In this document: piece after piece, positions 1-8,599 of the stretch
Numbering within the stretch: position 1 is the stretch's first letter
How the letters are laid out: each line of letters opens with the position of its first letter
Source of the DNA: Phycisphaerales bacterium
GTDB lineage: Bacteria; Planctomycetota; Phycisphaerae; Phycisphaerales; JAGLTS01
Reading direction: 5' to 3'
DNA length: 64,000 nucleotides
Assembly: GCA_023135165.1 (NCBI GenBank)
Contig: JAGLTS010000005.1
Location: 2,745 to 66,744, forward strand
The notes under the pieces: model-generated
Seen by the model: the letters and a program-made list of their open reading frames with translations, nothing else
What the model was told of the DNA's origin: nothing
Database searches by the model: none
Translations under genes and position numbers: made by a program

Positions 1-429
1 CCGGCTTCGGCTGAATGGTTAGGCCAGCACGCAGCACATGACGCTGTGCGCAGCTCAGCCCTTTGGAATGTGCAATGCACAACCAGCACCTACGATCGCG
101 ATTTCCTGGATGTTCTGGAAACCTGCGCTCAAGGAACCTCGCCGCTGTAGATGCTCGTCGTGCACACTTCCACAGACGCACATCCAGTTAATGCCCTTCA
201 TCCCCTTCTTTCGCCCCAAACTTGGTTACGCCCACACTCCCTTCCCCCAACCGATCTTCCCCTGGCGCCTCAACCCCGGCAGACTGCCAATCGACCTGTC
301 GCAATGGAATGAGTTGGACGCAGGATGGGAACTCTAGGCGCGGTGCCGCCGCAGACACAAGGCCGCAGTCAAACCCCGTTCTGGAACCCGCGAGCGAAGG
401 TCTTGGCAACTCGAAAAACAGCGTCCACA

Positions 430-696
430 TCACCGCTCGCTAGCTGCCACGGGAGTGGTTCGTGAAAACTGATGCTCTCGGGGCATCTTGTGATTCGTTC
501 GATCGGCTGCCGCCCTCGCGAGTGCTCGTCTGAGGTCATCCAAGCTGCTGCGCAAACCAGCCAAGACGTCCTCGCTACGCTTCGCCTCATGTTCATCCCG
601 GGCGCGTACAGCTTCTGACGTTCGTGCTTCTACCATTCTGGAATCCTCCGATGAACTCTCCACGTCTTTCTTGAGTAATCGTACTTCGTTTCTCAT
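430..696 (-). CDS. hypothetical small, highly charged (coiled-coil-like) protein
   Basis: 88 aa from ATG at 696 (track ORF 430..744 begins at a TTG). Co-directional with and just downstream of the 774..2108 gene. Sequence RLLKKDVESSSEDSRMVEARTSEAVRARDEHEAKRSEDVLAGLRSSLDDLRRALARAAA looks helical and charged. No family recognised; may be non-coding. Confidence 0.3.
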   Translation of the reverse strand: MRNEVRLLKKDVESSSEDSRMVEARTSEAVRARDEHEAKRSEDVLAGLRSSLDDLRRALARAAADRTNHKMPREHQFSRTTPVAASER

Positions 697-773
697 TGGC
701 CGCAAGTCCCTTTCCGCCACGAATCGGACACATGCCGAGGGCAATCAAACGCACCTTCCTCGCATCGGTGGGC

Positions 774-2108
774 TCAGATGAAGTGCAGGACAATTGAGAC
801 AAGACCCAAGAACACACCCAGGAGAGCCAGAAACGCGAGACTTATCGGACCATTTCGGTGCCACCACCGTATCCACGGTTCGGCACTGAAGAACTCTACC
901 CAGTATTCAATCTGATACCCGGTCCAGCGAAAATATTCCCGAACCTGCGGATCCGCCTGAACCTTGTCGAACATCTCCGTTTGTTCGTGTTCCGCCAGCT
1001 CCACAGGCGCATACAGGCCCTTCGCCCGGTCCACATACAGTGCGCCACCCGCACGACAGAGCGCGTCCAGTATCAAGGCCGAGTTCTCCTGCCGAATGTC
1101 AAGTGCGATCGTCATAGACTCTACTGGCTTTGGGTTGTCCTTCGACCATTCGCTCAACTGCTGCCAGACCCTTTGTGCCACAAGCCGGCTGTCGTCGGGC
1201 CAGTAGTTCCTTGTCCCGCTCCACCATTCAAGGGCCTGACGACCATCCGAGAAAGACTGCGCTTCAGTGCGCCAAACACACCCAAAACAGCTGTCCTGGA
1301 CGATCTTGAGCTCTTGGGGCAGGACAACAACAATACGATGCGTCTCTGCCCGAACAACCTCGTGGCCACTCGCTGAGACTAGCCTTAGCAAGCAAGTTGC
1401 CGAGTTGCACATCTCGGCCAATGACTGGCATTTCTGAAGGAGACTCTCGACATTGTAACGGTTCGTCCTAGGTCCGATGACGCTCAGTTGCTGCTTCCAC
1501 CGTGTGGGCTTTCGTGTCCACCGTGGCTCCAGCGGCAGCTTCTCCTGAAGACCAAGTAGCGATCGCGGCTTGATGATCAACCGCACCATAGACATCTGGC
1601 CTGCGGTAAGCCCATCGAGATGAACTTGGAAGATAGTCCCAACTCTTCGCATGACAGCGACCACAGCCTCATCGTTCGCCGCATCCGGAAGCTTAACCGC
1701 TGGCGTTGCAACTCTGGCTGACAGGCTTATCTCTAGTGGACCGAAGTGTTCCGTCGTGTCCCGAATCGTCGCCGTGAATACGTTCTCTGTCGCGTCAAAC
1801 TCGCAGCCGTAGCCCAAGGGCCTCTCGTATGCCACATCTGTGATGCCGTCCACACCAGGAATGTGGTCAGTCTTGATACACAGCCTGCCGTCCGCACCCA
1901 GCAGATCATGGGGAGAGATGCATGTGAGGGTAACCTCCTCGAGATCCTCGGTCGGAGTTATGAAGAGGTCGTAGACCTCTGTCACGCGCGTGTCCCCCTG
2001 ATCGTCGATGCGGGGGAAGAGATACTCTCCGAGGAGATCAACGGTGAACGCGTTCGGCTGCGACGTCAAGAGCGTCAGACACATCGACTGGATCCTCCAC
2101 TGGCCCAT
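774..2108 (-). CDS. hypothetical tail-anchored membrane protein (orphan, no family recognised)
   Basis: 444-aa ORF, the longest in any frame here. Single C-terminal hydrophobic helix ISLAFLALLGVFLGLVSIVLHFI. More likely start is ATG at 2084, preceded by GGAGGA 8 nt upstream. Lies in the lower-GC part of the window. Confidence 0.6.
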   Translation of the reverse strand: MGQWRIQSMCLTLLTSQPNAFTVDLLGEYLFPRIDDQGDTRVTEVYDLFITPTEDLEEVTLTCISPHDLLGADGRLCIKTDHIPGVDGITDVAYERPLGYGCEFDATENVFTATIRDTTEHFGPLEISLSARVATPAVKLPDAANDEAVVAVMRRVGTIFQVHLDGLTAGQMSMVRLIIKPRSLLGLQEKLPLEPRWTRKPTRWKQQLSVIGPRTNRYNVESLLQKCQSLAEMCNSATCLLRLVSASGHEVVRAETHRIVVVLPQELKIVQDSCFGCVWRTEAQSFSDGRQALEWWSGTRNYWPDDSRLVAQRVWQQLSEWSKDNPKPVESMTIALDIRQENSALILDALCRAGGALYVDRAKGLYAPVELAEHEQTEMFDKVQADPQVREYFRWTGYQIEYWVEFFSAEPWIRWWHRNGPISLAFLALLGVFLGLVSIVLHFI

Positions 2109-2897
2109 CTGTCCGGCCGGGCCCTCACCACAGATGATCGCATTCTCGGATCATCAGACCCCGACTTGCTGGAGAATCTAGTCTCTCGGTGTGGTCGATG
2201 CAACCCATCCGTTGCGCCTTTCTTTCGTCTCATGGCGAAAAACCTCCGCTTTTTGCAGAAACCGAAGTGGATCGGCCCCCGAATAACCTCGATGATCAGC
2301 CATGCACAGGCACAAGGACACAACTAGGCATAAAGACTCTGGCACACGGATCTCAGATGAGCTCGAAGAGCAACTCGACGAGCGCAGACGCGCCCTGTCC
2401 TTTGCTGCCAGCGCCAGAACGAGCAGCGGCTCGCGTCCCACGGGCACGCGCGGCCACGGCGAGCCGCCACGCAGGAAGTGACCGGCACGGCGGGGATGAG
2501 AGATGAGAGCGCGGTGCACTCACGCTGTAACGCGTCCCTTCTTGATGCGCCAACCTGGGCATTTGCTCTCATACCAATCGCAAGCTTGACTCGTGCGTGA
2601 GGCAGGGGCGAGGGAAGGCGATAAGCACATTGGGCGGCACGCATCACCGACTGCGGGCGCTGGTGTGACGACTGGGGGAATCCGGCCAGGATGGCCGGGC
2701 TATGTGGTTGTGCGGGCGGGCGCGTGTCGCTGTTTGGGGGTGCGCCGGACTCGCAGAGTCCGGCTTCTTGTGTTGCGGAGTCGGGGGCGGGGTGCGAGAT
2801 GCGCTGCGGGACAACGCCGCTTGCGCATTATGTAAGCGCTCCCCTTTGGGTCGCGGCTAAACTGAACGCGAAGCGGTTTGTGTTATCCGTGCGGGCG

Positions 2898-4184
2898 TCA
2901 GGCCATGTGCTTGATGATTGCGTCGCCGAACTGGCTGCATTTGAGCAGCGTCGCGCCCTCCATGAGACGCTCGAAATCGTATGTTACGGTCTTCGCGGTG
3001 ATCGCTCGCTCGATGCCTTGGATCACGAGGTCGGCGGCTTCGGTCCAACCCATGTAGCGGAACATCAGCTCGCCGGACAGGATCAGCGAGCCGGGGTTGA
3101 CCTTGTCCTGGCCTGCGTACTTGGGCGCTGTGCCGTGCGTCGCTTCGAAGATGGCGTGGCCGGTGTCGTAGTTGATGTTGGCGCCCGGCGCGATGCCGAT
3201 GCCGCCGACACATGCAGCGAGCGCATCGGAGATGTAGTCTCCGTTGAGATTCATCGTGGCGATGATGTCGTACTCAGCCGGCCTGGTGAGGATCTGCTGG
3301 AGGAAAGCGTCGGCGATGACATCCTTGATGAGGATGTCGTGCGGCACGATGTCGCCTGCATGAAGGCCCATCGCAGGCTTGGCGCCGGCGGCGGTGATCT
3401 TGGCGCCCTTCTTGATGATCTGCCACGGCCCACCCTCGAAGTCCACCGCGCCGAAGTGCTCACGGGCGGTCTGGTAGCCCCAATCACGGAAGCCACCCTC
3501 GGTGAACTTCATGATGTTGCCCTTGTGGACGAGCGTGATGCTCTTTCTGCCGTACTTGATCGCGTGGTCGATCGACGCTGCGACAAGGCGTTCGGTCCCC
3601 TCTTGTGAGATGGGCTTGATGCCGACACCCGTCGTCTCGGGGAATCTGACCTTCTTGAACATATCCGGGAAGTGCTCAGCGAAGAGGGCCAGGAACCGCT
3701 TGGCCTCGTCGGAGCCTCGCTCGAACTCGATGCCGGCGTAGATATCCTCGGAGTTCTCGCGGTAGATGACCATGTCGGTCAGCTCGGGGCGTTTCACCGG
3801 GCTTGGGACGCCTGCGAAGTGACGGACGGGACGGAGGCACACATACAGGTCAAGGATCTGCCGAAGTGCGACGTTCAGCGACCGGATGCCGCCGCCGACG
3901 GGCGTGGTGAGCGGGCCTTTGATTCCGACGAGGTAGGTGCGGAAAGCGTCGAGCGTCTCATCGGGCAGCCATGAGCCGACCGCGTTGTGCGACTTGTCGC
4001 CTGCGAGGACTTCCTTCCAGGCGATCTTGCGTTTCCCGCCATAGGCCTTTTCGACGGCTGCGTCGAAGACGCGCACGGAGGCGTTCCATATATCGGGGCC
4101 TGTGCCGTCGCCCTCGATGAAGGGGATGATCGGTTCGTCTGGGACATTCAGGCCTTGGTCGGTCATGCGGATCGTGTCAGCCAT
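2898..4184 (-). CDS. icd: NADP-dependent isocitrate dehydrogenase
   Basis: 428 aa. Motifs [51 protein letters not shown] and [17 protein letters not shown] are typical of the prokaryotic homodimeric Icd family. Confidence 0.95.
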   Translation of the reverse strand: MADTIRMTDQGLNVPDEPIIPFIEGDGTGPDIWNASVRVFDAAVEKAYGGKRKIAWKEVLAGDKSHNAVGSWLPDETLDAFRTYLVGIKGPLTTPVGGGIRSLNVALRQILDLYVCLRPVRHFAGVPSPVKRPELTDMVIYRENSEDIYAGIEFERGSDEAKRFLALFAEHFPDMFKKVRFPETTGVGIKPISQEGTERLVAASIDHAIKYGRKSITLVHKGNIMKFTEGGFRDWGYQTAREHFGAVDFEGGPWQIIKKGAKITAAGAKPAMGLHAGDIVPHDILIKDVIADAFLQQILTRPAEYDIIATMNLNGDYISDALAACVGGIGIAPGANINYDTGHAIFEATHGTAPKYAGQDKVNPGSLILSGELMFRYMGWTEAADLVIQGIERAITAKTVTYDFERLMEGATLLKCSQFGDAIIKHMA

Positions 4185-4304
4185 CGCGCTTCGATCTCCA
4201 TACGCGGGGGGGGTTCCAGTCTCAATCGAATCGCCCAGTATAGCTCGTTGCGAACCGCACGGACTCGCCGCGCGTGTCGGTTTTCTCGGCGTCTGCGCGG
4301 ATTC

Positions 4305-4880
4305 TTACGATCGCTGCCGATAGAGCGCCGGATCGACGACGCGGCGCATAGCAGCGGTGTCGAGGTCGCCTCCCAGGAAGGCGTTGAGCTGGTCGATTTC
4401 CGGGCTGGGATCATGCATGAGGTCGTTGTAGCTCACCTGCAAAACGTGGAAGTTCTGCCTGTCCGCAAGGTACGCCTCGATCTTGCGGTACTGCGACTCG
4501 AAGACGGCGATGAGCTTCTCATCGGGCAGCTTCGCCCCTGCCTGACCGCGCCGGTCGAGCATGACACGCTGCGAGCGGACGACCTCAGCTAAGTCGCGCT
4601 TCACGAAGACGACGTGGTAGCTGCGGTCGGCGGGCAGATCGTACAGGAGCAGGTGCACCATTTTGACGACCTTGCCCGGTGCTTGATCGAGCCAGGATGG
4701 GTCCGTCTTGGTCTTCTTGACAGGCTCGAACTCGTAGTACCCCTTCGGGTTGTCATCGTCAGCGGCGCGGATGGCGTCGGCCAGCACCGGAATACCCCCC
4801 GCGTCAAGAAGTTGCATCATCAGCGACGTGCCGGAGCGAGGCAGGCCGGAGACGATGGTGATCGGGCCGGCGTTCTTCAT
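4305..4880 (-). CDS. sulfotransferase family protein
   Basis: 191 aa. N-terminal PAPS-binding-type loop IVSGLPRSGTSLMMQLL. 4-nt ATGA overlap with the upstream acylphosphatase gene. Confidence 0.7.
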   Translation of the reverse strand: MKNAGPITIVSGLPRSGTSLMMQLLDAGGIPVLADAIRAADDDNPKGYYEFEPVKKTKTDPSWLDQAPGKVVKMVHLLLYDLPADRSYHVVFVKRDLAEVVRSQRVMLDRRGQAGAKLPDEKLIAVFESQYRKIEAYLADRQNFHVLQVSYNDLMHDPSPEIDQLNAFLGGDLDTAAMRRVVDPALYRQRS

Positions 4881-5149
4881 CCGCGGATCTCGAATGTGGT
4901 GAACTCGCCCGTTGCGGGCTGATGCGTGATGTCGGCATCGGTGATGTTGCCGCGCATCTGGTCAGCGATCTCGTCGAGAAACGCCTGGAGTGCCCGATCC
5001 TCACCCTCAGCAACGAGCAGGACCGAGCCGTCCGCTTCGTTGCGGACCCACCCGGTGACGTCATGACCGCGTGAGATGGACTGCGTTGTAGCGCGGAAGA
5101 AGACGCCCTGAACCCTTCCGCTGTATCGAATCGTCGCGCGCGTGGCCAT
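4877..5149 (-). CDS. acyP: acylphosphatase
   Basis: 90 aa. Signature loop YSGRVQGVFFRATT, then GWVRNEADGSVLLVAEGE; typical length. Confidence 0.9.
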   Translation of the reverse strand: MATRATIRYSGRVQGVFFRATTQSISRGHDVTGWVRNEADGSVLLVAEGEDRALQAFLDEIADQMRGNITDADITHQPATGEFTTFEIRG

Positions 5150-5265
5150 GCCTGGATTAGAGCAGATTGCGCGAAGCCGGGCGAACGGGCGACATGGGGC
5201 TACCAGAGTCCGAGGCGCTGCAGTGCGCCGTCGAGGATGTCGCGCGAGATGTCCTCATCGCCGAG
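5021..5265. repeat. segmental duplication, copy A (5' half of acyP + intergenic + 3' end of upstream ORF)
   Basis: Near-identical by eye to 7931..8240, e.g. gtgagatggactgcgttgtagcgcggaagaagacgcc, cctggattagagcagattgc and taccagagtccgaggcgctgcagtgcgccgtcgaggatgtcgcgcgagatg in both. Copy B carries an extra ~65 bp. Confidence 0.85.
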
Positions 5266-5370
5266 CAGGCTTTTCTGGATGTGTTGGTGATGCGCTGCGA
5301 GCAGCGGGTCCGGCGCTTCGCCATAGACATGCTCGGTCTGGCGGTAGGCGTTGTCGAAATCGTCAGCCAT
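5200..5370 (-). CDS. hypothetical small protein whose C-terminus lies inside the duplicated segment
   Basis: 56 aa from ATG at 5370, with GGGAGA 6 nt upstream. The last ~20 aa (ISRDILDGALQRLGLW) match the C-terminus of the 8174..8587 lipoprotein. The longer track ORF (to 5424) would run into a 14-bp hairpin. Confidence 0.35.
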   Translation of the reverse strand: MADDFDNAYRQTEHVYGEAPDPLLAAHHQHIQKSLLGDEDISRDILDGALQRLGLW

Positions 5371-5418
5371 GCGTTTCTCCCAAGGGGGGTGGCAGAGGAT
5401 CATAGCGCTGCCGGCGCG

Positions 5419-5454
5419 CACCAACCGCCCGCGGTCGGGAGCGGGCGGTTGGTG
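5419..5454 (-). terminator. strong GC-rich hairpin downstream of the PEP-CTERM gene
   Basis: Perfect 14-bp stem CACCAACCGCCCGC / GCGGGCGGTTGGTG with an 8-nt loop, 27 nt past the stop of 5481..6212. No U-tract, so intrinsic-terminator function is inferred only. Confidence 0.55.
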
Positions 5455-5480
5455 TAGGAGACGGGGTCGGTAGTCAGCGT

Positions 5481-6212
5481 TCAGCGGCGGCGACGGCTCA
5501 CCAACGCGCCGAGGCCGAGTAGTGAGAGGGATGCTGGCGCGGGGACAGCGTTGATGAAGATGTTGTCCAGCCGAACGTCATAGTCCGAGTCGGAGAAGCC
5601 CCAGCCCGGCTTGAAGGTCGTGAAGGCGATCTCATCGTAACCGGCGAGGATGTCGGCGAAGGTTACGCCTGGGGGCAGGCACGGCTCGTAGGTGTTGGGA
5701 TCATAATCGCCGTCCCCGCCCCATCCAGCGGGCAGATCGGTGGAGGTGGGATCGTCGATCGTCACCGAGAACGTGGTCCAGTCGGCGTAGTTGTCGGCAT
5801 CAATCCAGGCAAACTCGTACCAGACGGAGGCCCAGGGATAGCCGCCCTGAGCGCTATCGAAGTCACGCAGTTCGACGAGGAAGGGCCGCGGCGTAGGAAG
5901 GCCAAAGGAACCCAGTTCGTGCACCTGGATGTCTAGGCCGAAGGTGACGGCGTCGTAGCCGGACAGATCCTGGACGAAGTCGGCGTTGGTGGAATTGGCG
6001 TAGGTGATGCCGAAGTCGTGGAAGACGGTGTGCATGTTGAAGTCGGGGTTGCCGCCGGTCTCTTCGATGACGGTGTAGCCGCCGTATCCCTGTGGGCCTT
6101 CCCAGCCCTGGGCGTCGTATCCGTCAAAAGTGACGATGGTTTCAGCAGAGGCAAGGGCGGTGAATCCCAGGCAGCCGGCGATCAGGGCGGTGTACTTGTA
6201 CTTGCGAAGCAT
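5481..6212 (-). CDS. PEP-CTERM sorting-domain secreted protein
   Basis: 243 aa. N-terminal signal peptide (ALIAGCLGFTALASA). C-terminal VPAPASLSLLGLGALVSRRRR, i.e. a PEP motif variant + TM helix + Arg cluster. Confidence 0.85.
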   Translation of the reverse strand: MLRKYKYTALIAGCLGFTALASAETIVTFDGYDAQGWEGPQGYGGYTVIEETGGNPDFNMHTVFHDFGITYANSTNADFVQDLSGYDAVTFGLDIQVHELGSFGLPTPRPFLVELRDFDSAQGGYPWASVWYEFAWIDADNYADWTTFSVTIDDPTSTDLPAGWGGDGDYDPNTYEPCLPPGVTFADILAGYDEIAFTTFKPGWGFSDSDYDVRLDNIFINAVPAPASLSLLGLGALVSRRRR

Positions 6213-6276
6213 GGTGTTTCTCCTCTGAGAATGTTGTGGGAGGTGTTGCGGGGGCTCGATTCGGTGGTATACTGTA

Positions 6277-6316
6277 CCAGAACACTGTTCAGAACTAGTT
6301 CAGAACTATTCTGAAC
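6277..6316. promoter_or_regulatory. candidate operator: repeated GTTCAGAAC half-sites including a perfect 19-bp palindrome
   Basis: CCAGAAC (6277-6283), GTTCAGAAC (6287-6295), GTTCAGAAC (6298-6306) and inverted TTCTGAAC (6309-6316). 6298-6316 reads GTTCAGAA-CTA-TTCTGAAC. Direct half-sites are spaced 11 bp apart. AT-rich island between divergent genes, 38 bp upstream of the ATG at 6354. Confidence 0.45.
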
Positions 6317-6353
6317 GGTAAACTCGGATCAGTCAAGCAAAATCGGCAAAAAC

Positions 6354-7742
6354 ATGACAGATTCCCCAACGGATTCGATTCATCCTCAGATACCCCGCGT
6401 GGTGGCGACTGCTAGGATGCCCGGCGTTATGACTGGGACGAGCGTGCAATCCGGCAGTGGCCCGCTCAGCACTGAGGAGTTCCAGATCGCCGATCGGGCC
6501 GCCCGCCGCATGCACGGCGAGCTGCGCTCACTTCTCGCCCACATGCCCGTCGAGGCACGCACCGCCAGTGGCCTGGCCCGGCACCTCCAACTCGACCGAA
6601 CCACTTGTCAACGAGCTGTTTCCGTTGCCCGCGAGCCTTCTCAGGGGCCCGAGATCATTAGTCGCCTGCCCGGCATCCCCGGCCTGCGCCAGATCGTCGC
6701 CGCCGCTCGGGATCTCCAAGGCGACCGGCCTTCCGACGATGTTCTGGCTTCCCTACAGGCTGCGATCGATGGGTACGAGCGTCTCATCCATCGGCTGGCC
6801 GGGAGCCAGACCAAACTAGTCGGTCGCCTCAGTGCCACCCCCCTGACCAGCGAGAGCGAGGCCTTCTTCGACACCGCTGCTTCTGTCGGTCGCTTCGATG
6901 CCTACACCCGGCAACTCTTCGAGTCCGCCGCCAAACTCACCGGTCGCTACTCGGAGGTCTGGGTAGCCATCTATGCCTACCGCCCGCACCCGAAGAACCG
7001 AGATCGCCTCATCGTCTCGCGGGCCTACGGCCTGGTCGGTCATCGAGCCCGCCCCGACGCCGTACCCCTGGTCATTCACAACTTCTCAACGCCCAACTGC
7101 GGTTCAAAGGCGCAGGCAACAGGTATCAGCGGCCTAGCGCGAGGCTTCGAACACCTTGATGAGCGGGCCATCGAATCCGGCAGCACTCCCGAAGTCGTTA
7201 TCCCCGAGTTCACATCGAGCCCCCTGCCCCTCATTTCCTCCAAGCAGCCAGGCGCCTTCCTGGTGCAGTCAGTGGATGCGGACGGCGAGAACTGTGGCAA
7301 GCCGTTCGATCTGATGCTGGCCAGCCGAGCCGTGACGCCACATCCGCGCACGCAGAGTCCAGCCGCAGAAGAGACCTGGGCTATGGTGAACTTCCCGGTG
7401 CGCCACTTACTCTTCGATGTGTACCTGCACCAGGATCTGGCCACGTGCAGTATCGCTGGTCTGGATGTGCACCTCTGGAGACCGGATTTTGCTACTTCCG
7501 TGGCCGATAGATGGCAGACTCGCTTCACTCGTACGCCCAAGCTCGTCATGCTGGGTCGTGGAATCGAAGACTCTGCCTCGTCTGTCTTTGCTCGCCACGC
7601 CGAATTGACGCGATTGCTTTTTGCCCAGACAGACGAGGATCCGCATTCCTACATTGGGCACCGCTGCGAGATAACGCACCCCATGTGGCGAACCGGATAC
7701 TGCATGACCTTTGACTTCGGCGCAGGCAACAGCGGCCACTGA
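6354..7742 (+). CDS. hypothetical protein, possible N-terminal helix-turn-helix regulator
   Basis: 462-aa ORF. The segment TASGLARHLQLDRTTCQRAVSVA resembles an HTH. The rest is not recognised. Divergent from the PEP-CTERM gene across the operator-like repeats. Confidence 0.6.
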   Translation: MTDSPTDSIHPQIPRVVATARMPGVMTGTSVQSGSGPLSTEEFQIADRAARRMHGELRSLLAHMPVEARTASGLARHLQLDRTTCQRAVSVAREPSQGPEIISRLPGIPGLRQIVAAARDLQGDRPSDDVLASLQAAIDGYERLIHRLAGSQTKLVGRLSATPLTSESEAFFDTAASVGRFDAYTRQLFESAAKLTGRYSEVWVAIYAYRPHPKNRDRLIVSRAYGLVGHRARPDAVPLVIHNFSTPNCGSKAQATGISGLARGFEHLDERAIESGSTPEVVIPEFTSSPLPLISSKQPGAFLVQSVDADGENCGKPFDLMLASRAVTPHPRTQSPAAEETWAMVNFPVRHLLFDVYLHQDLATCSIAGLDVHLWRPDFATSVADRWQTRFTRTPKLVMLGRGIEDSASSVFARHAELTRLLFAQTDEDPHSYIGHRCEITHPMWRTGYCMTFDFGAGNSGH

Positions 7743-7782
7743 CACCTTGGGGGACGTCCTTCTTGATGCGGAGCCGGCGCTT

Positions 7783-8059
7783 CTACGCGAAGCGGATATC
7801 GAAGGCATCGAACTCGCGCTCGGAGGGATCCTTCACGATCCTGCGATCTTGGATGTACTCGGACAAAGCCTCGTCGATGTTGTCGAGGAAAGCCTCAACT
7901 TCGCCTTCGTTGCCTTCCGCCACAAGCAGCACCGAGCCGTCCGGATCGTTGCGGACCCACCCGGTAACGTCGTGGCCGCGTGAGATGGACTGCGTTGTAG
8001 CGCGGAAGAAGACGCCTTTGGACCCTTCCGCTGTATCGAATCGTCGCGCGCGTAGCCAT
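7783..8059 (-). pseudogene. second acylphosphatase copy disrupted by a 1-nt insertion (or assembly error)
   Basis: ATG at 8059 encodes MATRATIRYSGRVQ as in acyP, then the frame shifts near 8017-8021 (copy A gacgccCTGAaccc versus copy B gacgccTTTGGaccc). The remainder GVFFRATTQSISRGHDVTGWVRNDPDGSVLLVAEG continues in the frame of track ORF 7783..8124. The catalytic VxGxVQGVxFR loop is split. Confidence 0.55.
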
Positions 8060-8240
8060 GCCTGGATTAGAGCAGATTGCACGAGACCGGGCGAACGGAT
8101 GAATGGGGACGGTGGGTCCGCCACGGGCGGATTTCGCTTCGCTCAAGGTTGTGGGGCTGTGGGGGTGTGGGGGTTACCAGAGTCCGAGGCGCTGCAGTGC
8201 GCCGTCGAGGATGTCGCGCGAGATGACCTCATCGCCGAGT
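7931..8240. repeat. segmental duplication, copy B
   Basis: Matches 5021..5265. Contains a ~65-bp insertion (about 8108-8172) with a GGCGGA/TCCGCC hairpin and GT-GGGGG repeats. Confidence 0.85.
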
Positions 8241-8587
8241 AAGCCTGTCTGAATGACGACGCGGCTTCCACCTTGGCACCTGGTGATCGTGATGCGGACG
8301 GTGCGGTCCGCGCTCTTGCCGGTGATCTTGGCTTCGCCTGCGGTGACGCGGTGTGACATAACAGCGTAGCCCATGGCGCGGATGGTCTCGGTGAAGGCTG
8401 CGGCGACCGTTGGGGGATCACGCCTGATCTCGGCTGCGAGCTGACCGGTGGCGAGGTAGGGCGCCTCGATGCCGGACCAGCCGTGGCGATCGCTGGAAAG
8501 CTCACATCCGATAAGGAGAGAGCCTGCGAGCAGGCAGGTGAACGCAAGATGAACGAGTCGGACCAGGTGCATGGGCGGTGCGGGCAT
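8174..8587 (-). CDS. putative lipoprotein
   Basis: 137 aa. Signal peptide with lipobox-like LLIGC (LAFTCLLAGSLLIGCELSS). Small globular remainder. C-terminus duplicated at 5200..5265. Confidence 0.65.
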   Translation of the reverse strand: MPAPPMHLVRLVHLAFTCLLAGSLLIGCELSSDRHGWSGIEAPYLATGQLAAEIRRDPPTVAAAFTETIRAMGYAVMSHRVTAGEAKITGKSADRTVRITITRCQGGSRVVIQTGLLGDEVISRDILDGALQRLGLW

Positions 8588-8599
8588 TCTACCGCAGCG

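Noticed and set aside
1-150. Open frame 1 at the left edge (ends at TAG about 148-150), possibly the 3' end of a plus-strand gene
   Set aside because: Only 49 codons are visible and there is no recognisable motif. It cannot be distinguished from chance.
2075-2323. Small ORF (about 52 aa from the internal ATG) with a GGAGG RBS upstream of the orphan gene
   Set aside because: The product is basic and low-complexity, overlaps the start of the 774..2108 gene, and has no recognisable features. The RBS-like GGAGG sits in a hairpin loop. Not enough support to call.
7783-8124. Track ORF 7783..8124 as an intact acylphosphatase with an alternative N-terminus
   Set aside because: Its first ~35 codons are the out-of-frame reading of sequence that is near-identical to the acyP 5' end and intergenic region. 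The VxGxVQGVxFR loop is missing. A frameshifted copy or a sequencing error is more parsimonious.
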